Positions 17,020 to 23,770 of a stretch of 32,000 bases of DNA are shown one piece after another; position 1 is the first letter of the stretch, and each line of letters begins with the position of its first letter. The translations under genes and the position numbers were made by a program. Origin of the DNA: a bacterium (lineage in GTDB: Bacteria; UBP7; UBA6624). The DNA lies in NCBI GenBank assembly GCA_002716355.1, contig PBAU01000005.1, forward strand, positions 20,425 through 52,424, read 5' to 3'. The notes beneath the pieces are model-generated. The model was not told where the DNA came from. It was given only the letters and a program-made list of their open reading frames with translations, and did no database searches.

Positions 17020-17094
17020 AATTACCTTCCTTGTTATATTTTATTAATTTAAATACTATCTAAACATATATCCTAACTCTGTTATATGTAAAAA
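17020..17094 (-). promoter_or_regulatory. Probable promoter/leader region of the Paa-like operon
   Basis: This 75-nt AT-rich spacer is the only non-coding DNA upstream of an 11-12 gene minus-strand run with overlapping junctions. It contains the SD AAGGAAGG. No -35/-10 assignment was made. Confidence 0.3.
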
Positions 17095-17556
17095 TTAACC
17101 GAAAAAATTTTGTAATTTTTCAGTTCTGAATTGAAAAATTTTCTCAACATCTTTCTCGACAAACATCTTGTAGATTAAAGAACCACCTGGAACAGCAAAT
17201 TTAATTGAATCAATTACCAATGTACCGCCATCCTTTTCTTCAAAAAGATGCATATGGTCCCAATAAACATAAGGACCTCTTCTCTGACAATCCTCAAAAG
17301 CGGATTTTGGTTCCCATTTTGTTATTTCGCTTTGCCATCTGAATGGTATTCCATGTAGCTTGAGCTTGTAGTCAATCAAAAGTCCTTCTTTCATTTCGAT
17401 TTCACCTTCATTTAAAACTTTGAATTCAAGAAAATCTGGAGTGATTCTTTCAAGATTTCTAGCATTTGAAAAAAAGGAAAAAACCTTATCTATTTTTTCT
17501 GGAACCCAGATTTCATATCTTTTCGATACATGGTGTACAAAAAATGACATGGGCAA
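17095..17556 (-). CDS. SRPBCC-superfamily ligand-binding protein (cyclase/dehydrase-like fold)
   Basis: At about 150 aa it has the pattern VFSFFSNARNLERITPDFLEFKV...IDYKLKLHGIPFRWQSEITKWEP...FEDCQRRGPYVYWDHMHLFEE, typical of uncharacterised SRPBCC (COG4276-like) proteins. The TTG start has GAGGA 8 nt upstream, and an alternative ATG lies at 17550. Confidence 0.55.
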   Translation of the reverse strand: MPMSFFVHHVSKRYEIWVPEKIDKVFSFFSNARNLERITPDFLEFKVLNEGEIEMKEGLLIDYKLKLHGIPFRWQSEITKWEPKSAFEDCQRRGPYVYWDHMHLFEEKDGGTLVIDSIKFAVPGGSLIYKMFVEKDVEKIFQFRTEKLQNFFG

Positions 17557-17561
17557 AGTCT

Positions 17562-17579
17562 AAATCCTCGTTAGGATTT
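17562..17579. promoter_or_regulatory. Perfect 7-bp inverted repeat (AAATCCT-CGTT-AGGATTT) carrying the Shine-Dalgarno of both divergent genes
   Basis: The arms at 17562-17568 and 17573-17579 are exact reverse complements. AGGA on each strand lies 8 nt from the respective start codon (TTG 17556 on minus, ATG 17585 on plus). Confidence 0.4.
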
Positions 17580-17584
17580 TATCA

Positions 17585-19186
17585 ATGCCAAAACATTTCC
17601 TATTCGGCCTGAAAGTTCTTTTTCTAATTTTCATCATATCTTTTTTCTCTTATTTTCCACCAAAAGCAAAAAACCTGGGAGCACCATTGGGTGAATTTTC
17701 ATCTGCAAGAGCTTCATTAGTTCTTCTTGATTTGCTCAAAGAGGAGAAGCCACACCCCTCCGGATCAGAAGAAAATGAAAAGATAAGAGATTTGATTATT
17801 GAAAAAATTATTGAAATGGGCCTTGAGCCTGAAGTACAAAGTTTTGAAACCACTATAAAAGGGAAAAAAGAAACCCTTTTCAATGTTATTACAAAGATAA
17901 ATGGCAGCAACCCTGAAAGCCAAAAGATATTACTCTCATCTCATTATGACTCTGTTGTCGAAGCTCCTGGAGCCGCAGACGACATGCATGCTGTAGCTGC
18001 AACATTTGAAATAATGAGAATATTTTTAGAAGGCGGAAAACAGCTCAAACATGATCTTGTGATTATGTTTAACGATGGAGAAGAGATAGGCCTGCTTGGA
18101 GCAAAAGCATTTATGGATGGGCATCCTTGGGCAAAGGAAATTGGGTATGTGATAAATATGGAAGCTAGAGGGACAAGTGGCCCAAGCCTTATGTTTGAAA
18201 CAAGTGAAAACAGCTCGAAATTGATTGAGATTTACGGATCATCGGTAACACATCCAAGATCATCATCAATTTTTTATGAAATTTACAAAAGACTTCCAAA
18301 TGGAACTGATTTTTTAATATACAAAAAATATGGATTAAAAGGATTTAATTTTGCATTCATAGGAAATGCTCAAAATTACCACACAGAGAATGACAATATA
18401 AAAAATCTAAATTTTGATACCCTCCAGCATCAGGGCCAAAATGTATTTCAAGTTCTTGATGCTTTGCAAGAAATGAACCTTTCAGAAATCAAGCATGATT
18501 CAAATAATGTTTATTTTGACCTAATAGGAAAATTTTTCTTTAGCTGGCCAGAAAAAAACAACATTCCTCTTTCTGTAACAACAATGCTTTTGTTGTATTT
18601 TGTCCTCATGCGATTAGGGCAACTCAAAGCTCTAACCTGGAAAAAACTTGGTTGGGGCTCGTTGGCATTTCCTGGTCTTGTATTTGGAACCATTGGAGTT
18701 GGTATAGTCTTTGATGTGTATATTTTTGAAAGTTTTCAGCTTTATGGATGGTGGCCTAAAAATCCGGCACCCTCAATCTTTCTCCTTTTTCTAATTCCTT
18801 GTTTTGTATTTTGGCCAATACTTAAGTTTCTAAGAAAAAGAGCAACATTTTGGGGCCTTTGGGGGACAACATGGAGGTTCTTCTGTGGCCTTTCAATACT
18901 GATGGCCTTTATTCTTCCAGGTGCAATATACCTATTCCTTGTTCCATCATTAATTGCTGTAATTTCAGGATTGATCCTTACAAGCACCAAAACAATAAGC
19001 GGTCCCAAGGCAAAATTGCTTGCATCGATTCCAGCACTTATTGGATTAGGCTTAATATGGATTCCGACAGGTGTATTACTTTACGACGCAATTGGTTTCT
19101 ATATGAGAACTTATGTATCCTTGATTTTTGCAATGACACTTGCAGGGCTTATACCTTTAAGTGCCCCTATAGAAAAAAAGAATTAA
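17585..19186 (+). CDS. M28-family metallopeptidase fused to a C-terminal polytopic membrane domain
   Basis: It has an N-terminal TM helix. M28 metal and catalytic motifs are present: SSHYDSV, GAADDMHAV, FNDGEEIGLLGAKAF, NMEARG and NYHTENDN. About 200 C-terminal residues form repeated hydrophobic helices. Confidence 0.75.
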   Translation: MPKHFLFGLKVLFLIFIISFFSYFPPKAKNLGAPLGEFSSARASLVLLDLLKEEKPHPSGSEENEKIRDLIIEKIIEMGLEPEVQSFETTIKGKKETLFNVITKINGSNPESQKILLSSHYDSVVEAPGAADDMHAVAATFEIMRIFLEGGKQLKHDLVIMFNDGEEIGLLGAKAFMDGHPWAKEIGYVINMEARGTSGPSLMFETSENSSKLIEIYGSSVTHPRSSSIFYEIYKRLPNGTDFLIYKKYGLKGFNFAFIGNAQNYHTENDNIKNLNFDTLQHQGQNVFQVLDALQEMNLSEIKHDSNNVYFDLIGKFFFSWPEKNNIPLSVTTMLLLYFVLMRLGQLKALTWKKLGWGSLAFPGLVFGTIGVGIVFDVYIFESFQLYGWWPKNPAPSIFLLFLIPCFVFWPILKFLRKRATFWGLWGTTWRFFCGLSILMAFILPGAIYLFLVPSLIAVISGLILTSTKTISGPKAKLLASIPALIGLGLIWIPTGVLLYDAIGFYMRTYVSLIFAMTLAGLIPLSAPIEKKN

Positions 19187-20721
19187 ATTCCGCCTATTAC
19201 AGCACCTTTATTTTCAAGGTAATAATCAACGGCTTCAGGCCCATGCTCATGACCTATACCACTTGCTTTCACGCCACCAAAAGGAAGTTCGTCAAAGCCA
19301 TAGTGCAACATGTTCACCCATGTAACTCCTGCCTCAATCTCTCTTATTGCCTTATGTGAATCAGCAAGACTTGCTGTCCATATCGAAGAACCAAGCCCCC
19401 ATTCAGTATCGTTTGCCATGTTTATGGCTTCATCCAAGCTTGAAACTTTAAACACAGGTAAAACAGGACCGAAAACTTCTTCGGTAACTAATTTGCAGTC
19501 ATTTGGAACATCTACAACGATAGTGGGTTCAAAATAATAACCATCTTTAAGTTCAGCGTCTTCTGGCCTTTTACCACCACAAATCACCTTTGCACCTTTT
19601 GAGACAGCATCAGCAAGCTGATCTTCTATCTCCTCTCTTTGGAAAGCTGTATGCAAAGGCCCCATTCTCAATTGACCTTTTTCTGGACGACTCTTTGGAT
19701 CACCAGGAACATAACTGACAGTTGCAGCCTTAAGCATTTCCAAAAACTCATCATAAATATCTTCATGAAGAATCAGTCTCTTTACAGCTAAACAAGCTTG
19801 TCCGGCATTCCAGAACCTACCAATTCGACATCCTTGAACTGCAGCCTTAAGATTTGCATCAGGCATCACAATCATCGGATCGCTTCCACCAAGCTCAAGT
19901 GTTATCCTTTTGAATTCAGGGGCCGCTGCCTCCATCACCTTCTTACCAGTATCAGAAGCACCTGTAAAAGCTATCCTTCTGACAACTGGATTCTCTAGAA
20001 GCTCTTGCCCTACAGTGCTTCCAGGCCCAGTAACAACATTCAAAACTCCAGCAGGAAGACCTGCTTCCATGAACAATTCAGCGATTCTCAATGTTGTTAA
20101 TGGTGTTGTTCCCGCAGGCTTGACAACAACAGTGTTTCCAGCAATAAGAGCGGGTCCTAATTTTGTTCCAAGCAAAGTTATTGGGAAATTCCAAGGCACG
20201 ATTGCTGCACATACACCAACAGGTCTCTTTATGACCATTCCATATGCATTCTTACCCATTGCGCTTGGCAAAGGAACCTGAGCTCCTCTTATCTTGCTTG
20301 CAAGACCAGCATAAAAATCCATGCCATGGACAAAATGGTGTATTTCACCATTAGCTTCAAAAGGAGGTTTTCCTTGTTCTTCAGAAAGCATATTTGCAAG
20401 TTCAGCCATGTTTGCCTTAACCAAACCCATCGCTTTGTTGATGATTGCAGCCCTATGTTCAGCATCTGTTTCTTTCCATGTCTTAAAAGCCTCACTTGCA
20501 GCTGAGATTGCTTTGCGAACATCCTTGACTGTTCCTTTGGGCACAGTGCCTGCAACAGAACCATTTGCTGGATTCTTTATCTCTGATCTTTCTCCTGATT
20601 CTGATTCTGTCCAAACCGGTATCAATATTTTTTCAGGGTTTCTTGGCCCAGCTCTTTTTTCCGGATTGAATTTTGGATTGTCTTTCCATTCTCCACCTAT
20701 CAACATTTTGAAATCTGCCAT
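19183..20721 (-). CDS. NAD(P)+-dependent aldehyde dehydrogenase, paralog of the 10975-12426 gene with an N-terminal insertion
   Basis: IVPWNFP, FTGASDTGKKV, LELGGSDP, FWNAGQACLAVKR and EEVFGP. It is collinear with the other ALDH apart from about 28 extra residues between IGGEW and NPANG. AGGAG lies 8 nt upstream of the ATG. Confidence 0.85.
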   Translation of the reverse strand: MADFKMLIGGEWKDNPKFNPEKRAGPRNPEKILIPVWTESESGERSEIKNPANGSVAGTVPKGTVKDVRKAISAASEAFKTWKETDAEHRAAIINKAMGLVKANMAELANMLSEEQGKPPFEANGEIHHFVHGMDFYAGLASKIRGAQVPLPSAMGKNAYGMVIKRPVGVCAAIVPWNFPITLLGTKLGPALIAGNTVVVKPAGTTPLTTLRIAELFMEAGLPAGVLNVVTGPGSTVGQELLENPVVRRIAFTGASDTGKKVMEAAAPEFKRITLELGGSDPMIVMPDANLKAAVQGCRIGRFWNAGQACLAVKRLILHEDIYDEFLEMLKAATVSYVPGDPKSRPEKGQLRMGPLHTAFQREEIEDQLADAVSKGAKVICGGKRPEDAELKDGYYFEPTIVVDVPNDCKLVTEEVFGPVLPVFKVSSLDEAINMANDTEWGLGSSIWTASLADSHKAIREIEAGVTWVNMLHYGFDELPFGGVKASGIGHEHGPEAVDYYLENKGAVIGGI

Positions 20722-20744
20722 TATCTTTTCTCCTATTTTGGGAT

Positions 20745-21083
20745 TTACTCTAATCCTAACAAATCATCACACTTTGCTGCAAAAACAAAGTCACTTTCTG
20801 TCAGTCCATCAATCTTGTGTGTCCAGATTTTGACTTTAACCCTCCCCCAAGAAAGTTCCAAATCTGGATGATGGTCCTGCTGTTCTGACATCTGAGCAAC
20901 CTTATTCAAATAACCCCATGCTTCTTGAAAGTTCGGAAAATTGAATTCCCTTTCAAGATGATGCTCTTTAACAAGATTCCAATCTTCACTTATCTCTTTC
21001 ATAAAGGATAAAAGGTCTTTTCCTTTCAGTGGGGGAACACCACCTTTACATGGAACACAGTCTCTTTCAGAAAAAGAATTCAT
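20745..21083 (-). CDS. phhB: Pterin-4a-carbinolamine dehydratase (PCD/DCoH)
   Basis: EQQDHHPDLELSWGRVKVKIWTHKIDGLTESD satisfies the canonical PCD motif [DE]-x3-H-H-P-x5-[YW]-x9-H-x8-D. I prefer the ATG at 21083 (ATGA overlap with the upstream stop) over the track's start at 21101. Confidence 0.85.
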   Translation of the reverse strand: MNSFSERDCVPCKGGVPPLKGKDLLSFMKEISEDWNLVKEHHLEREFNFPNFQEAWGYLNKVAQMSEQQDHHPDLELSWGRVKVKIWTHKIDGLTESDFVFAAKCDDLLGLE

Positions 21084-21295
21084 TTGACAATCGGTTTCCA
21101 TTTGGCTGCGTCAAGACATGATGCTATATGAACTATCCAGCCAAAAATACCAACAGTAAAAATATAAATAATTACAGCAAGAAAAATATGGCAAAAAGCA
21201 ACCCAGCCTCGACCTTGAATCAACTGCCCTAATCCTGGTATGAAAAAACTCGCCAAAGCAGCGATGGTGTTACCTGCTGAACCCTGTCCGCTCAT
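21080..21295 (-). CDS. Small (71 aa) two-helix membrane protein, function unknown
   Basis: Two hydrophobic helices (IAALASFFIPGLGQLI and FCHIFLAVIIYIFTVGIFGWIVHI) are visible. It is tightly packed between the dehydrogenase and PCD genes, abutting one and overlapping the other in an ATGA. Confidence 0.5.
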   Translation of the reverse strand: MSGQGSAGNTIAALASFFIPGLGQLIQGRGWVAFCHIFLAVIIYIFTVGIFGWIVHIASCLDAAKWKPIVK

Positions 21296-22144
21296 CTAGT
21301 AATCGTAAACCCCTTTACCTGTCTTTCTTCCCAGTCTTCCTTTTTCCACAAGCTCCTCAAGCTTCTTGCTTGGCTTGAAAGCAGGGCCAAGATGTTCCTC
21401 AAGGTTTTTCATGCTTGCCAGCCTAACATCTAAACCGACAAGATCAATCATTTCAAATGGTCCCATTGGATGATTAAGACCTAACTTCAAAGCTTTGTCG
21501 ATATCCTCAGGTGAAGCAACTCCTTCTTCCCACATTCGAAATGCCTCAGCCCCTATAAGAGCATTCATTCTTGATGTGACAAATCCTGCAGCTTCATTGA
21601 TTTTAACCGTCTGTTTTCCCATTTTTTCTGAAACCGCTTTAACAATCTCATAGGTTTCCTGTGAGGTTGATTTAGACTTGACAATTTCAATCAATTTCAT
21701 AATATGCACTGGATTGAAGAAATGCATCCCTATCACCTTGTCTTCCCTTTTTGTCGCATTACCCATTTCAGTGATTGACAACCCCGTCGTGTTTGTCGCA
21801 AAGATCGTTTCTTTATGAACAAATTTCTCAGCATCACTGAATATCTTTTTCTTCAATTCCATATTTTCTGGGACAGCTTCAATAATGAGATCTGAATCTT
21901 TTACAGCCATTTCAAAATCTTCTGTAAAAACCAGTTTTTCTTTTGCGTTATCTCTTTTTTCTGCAGCAATCTTTCCAAGTTCAAACCCTTTATCAAGATT
22001 CTTGTTGATCTTCAATTCCGCAAGATCAAGCTGCTTTTTGCTTATGTCAAAAAGTGATGTTTCGAAACCAGCCATTGCAGAAACCTGCGCAATACCATTT
22101 CCCATTGTCCCTGAACCTATAACAGTAATTTTATTAATCATCAA
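21296..22144 (-). CDS. 3-hydroxyacyl-CoA / 3-hydroxybutyryl-CoA dehydrogenase (Hbd/PaaH type)
   Basis: The Rossmann motif VIGSGTMGNGIAQV is present, followed by IEAVPENMELKKKIF, GMHFFNPV, GFVTSR and GPFEMIDLVGLDV. Confidence 0.85.
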   Translation of the reverse strand: MMINKITVIGSGTMGNGIAQVSAMAGFETSLFDISKKQLDLAELKINKNLDKGFELGKIAAEKRDNAKEKLVFTEDFEMAVKDSDLIIEAVPENMELKKKIFSDAEKFVHKETIFATNTTGLSITEMGNATKREDKVIGMHFFNPVHIMKLIEIVKSKSTSQETYEIVKAVSEKMGKQTVKINEAAGFVTSRMNALIGAEAFRMWEEGVASPEDIDKALKLGLNHPMGPFEMIDLVGLDVRLASMKNLEEHLGPAFKPSKKLEELVEKGRLGRKTGKGVYDY

Positions 22145-22985
22145 AAACTCCTTGTGCAGACTTGTATGAAAGGTTATCCTTATCTTCTTGCGAGATGGGC
22201 AAACTTAAGATAGCGTCAAGATTCTTCCTTATTCCGGGAACGCCAGGACTTGGCCAATCTGTTCCGAATATAACCTTATTACCAAGTTCAAATAATCTTG
22301 GATACCATTCCAGTATCCTCTTTGGAGGAATTGAGGAAAGATCCCAATAGACATTCTTATGCCTTCTGAAAACAAACCAAGCTTCATTGATCCATAATGG
22401 CCTTCCTCCATGGGCCATAATGATTTTCAAATCAGGAAAATCAATTGCAATATCATCAATCTCCATTGGATTGCCCCATTTGCTTCTTGCTCCAGGAAAG
22501 GTACTGGTGCCAGTGTGGATCAAAACAGGTTTTGAGTATTCTTGACACATCTCATAAACAGTGGCCAATTCAGGCATAGACCCATCAGCATATGCATTTG
22601 CAGGCATATCTTGATGTGGAGGATGGATCTTCAAGGCATCAAGCTGACAATCCTCAAAGATAACCCTCATCTCATCCTTGACATTTTTGCAAGCAGGTGG
22701 ATGCACTCCACCAAATGCAATGATTCTGTCAGGTGCTCCTGCCCTGTACTCTGCAGCCCATTGGTTAACGCCAGAAGTAAAACCCATGATATCTGGAGCT
22801 ACATAATTGATAACACCGACTTTTGAAATCCTTTCCTTGTCCAAATGTTCAGCAAGGGCTTTTGGTGAGTCCAAACACCTTTTCACAATTTCAGAATCAG
22901 GCCTTCCGCTTTCAATAAATGCAAGTGCCCCTGGAGACATCATTTCTCTAGGTTGCATATGTATATGGATATCTATAGCGTTCAT
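22134..22985 (-). CDS. Amidohydrolase_2-family metal-dependent hydrolase/decarboxylase (ACMSD / LigI-like TIM barrel)
   Basis: The N-terminal metal motif IDIHIHM is present, with later His residues in LIHTG and MAHGG and the conserved Asp in FGTDWP. Confidence 0.7.
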   Translation of the reverse strand: MNAIDIHIHMQPREMMSPGALAFIESGRPDSEIVKRCLDSPKALAEHLDKERISKVGVINYVAPDIMGFTSGVNQWAAEYRAGAPDRIIAFGGVHPPACKNVKDEMRVIFEDCQLDALKIHPPHQDMPANAYADGSMPELATVYEMCQEYSKPVLIHTGTSTFPGARSKWGNPMEIDDIAIDFPDLKIIMAHGGRPLWINEAWFVFRRHKNVYWDLSSIPPKRILEWYPRLFELGNKVIFGTDWPSPGVPGIRKNLDAILSLPISQEDKDNLSYKSAQGVFDD

Positions 22986-23746
22986 TTTTTATTCTTTTTT
23001 TCCAAAAATTTTGTCATTCTTTGCTTCTTGTCTTTAGATTCAAAAAGTATCGCTTGATATTCACTTTCAATTTTTCCATGATCATGCGAAGGCGATGCAG
23101 CTTTGTTTAAAGCTTTTTTGCCAAGTCGAATTGCCTCTGGTGCCATTTTTGATATCTTAACCATCATCTCTCTTGCTTTCCCGATAACCTTATCATCTTC
23201 AACAACGCAATTCAGCAAACCTATTCTGTATGCCTCCTCTGCATCAATAATCTTTCCTGTAAAAAACATCTCCCTTGCTATACCTGTGCCAACAATCCTT
23301 GGCAACCTGTAAGTTCCACCGGCAGCAGCAATTATCCCTAATCTTGCCTCTGGTTGCCCCATTTGGGTTGTCTTGCCTCCCACTCTTATGTCGCAAGCAA
23401 GAGTCAACTCGCAACCTCCACCAAGTGCATACCCTTTGATTGCCGCAATTACAGGCCATGGAAAATCTTCAACTTTCTGAAAAAGCTTTTGATTGATTCC
23501 CTTCAACGCATCATCTCTTCCCCTTTTTAACAAAGCTTCAATATCAGCGCCAGCAACAAAAGCTTTATCTCCAGCGCCTGAAATGATCAATCCCATGATT
23601 CCAGAATCACCCTTCAGTTCATCCAATGCCGCATGTAAATCAGCTACAACATCATCATTTATTGCATTTAGCACATTGGGCCTATTGATGATTATTTCTG
23701 CCCATTTTTCCTTTTTTTCAACTAACAAGGTCTTGTATTTGCTCAT
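22982..23746 (-). CDS. Enoyl-CoA hydratase/isomerase (crotonase superfamily), first gene of operon 2
   Basis: IIINRPNVLNAI, SGAGDKAFVAGADI and KGYALGGGCELTLACDIRV. Confidence 0.85.
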   Translation of the reverse strand: MSKYKTLLVEKKEKWAEIIINRPNVLNAINDDVVADLHAALDELKGDSGIMGLIISGAGDKAFVAGADIEALLKRGRDDALKGINQKLFQKVEDFPWPVIAAIKGYALGGGCELTLACDIRVGGKTTQMGQPEARLGIIAAAGGTYRLPRIVGTGIAREMFFTGKIIDAEEAYRIGLLNCVVEDDKVIGKAREMMVKISKMAPEAIRLGKKALNKAASPSHDHGKIESEYQAILFESKDKKQRMTKFLEKKNKK

Positions 23747-23770
23747 ATTAGTGATTCTAGATTCAAATTA

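Noticed and set aside
17064-17089. AT-rich inverted repeat ACATATA-N12-TATATGT just downstream of the SRPBCC stop, considered as an intrinsic terminator or operator
   Set aside because: The stem is only 7 bp and all A/T except one pair, the loop is 12 nt, and no U-tract follows on the transcribed strand. Such repeats are expected by chance in DNA this AT-rich.
18850-19359. 169-aa plus-strand ORF overlapping the end of the M28 gene in another frame and the end of the ALDH in antisense
   Set aside because: It is an alternative frame of two well-supported genes, its composition is Cys/Asn/Arg-rich and non-protein-like, and it has no RBS.
19310-20833. Long plus-strand ORFs antisense to the ALDH gene (19310..19537, 19798..19998, 19910..20281, 20321..20833), including 123-aa and 170-aa ORFs
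   Set aside because: They lie entirely opposite a strongly supported ALDH, and partly opposite the PCD gene. They are low-complexity (Ser/Pro/Ala/Thr-rich), lack Shine-Dalgarno context and show no recognisable motifs. Long antisense ORFs are expected opposite the locally GC-richer coding sequence.
20745-21083. PCD gene as a degenerate, non-catalytic PCD-like scaffold (as in carboxysome-associated RuBisCO assembly factors)
   Set aside because: The full catalytic motif E-x3-HHP-x5-W-x9-H-x8-D is intact, and no RuBisCO or carboxysome genes are nearby.
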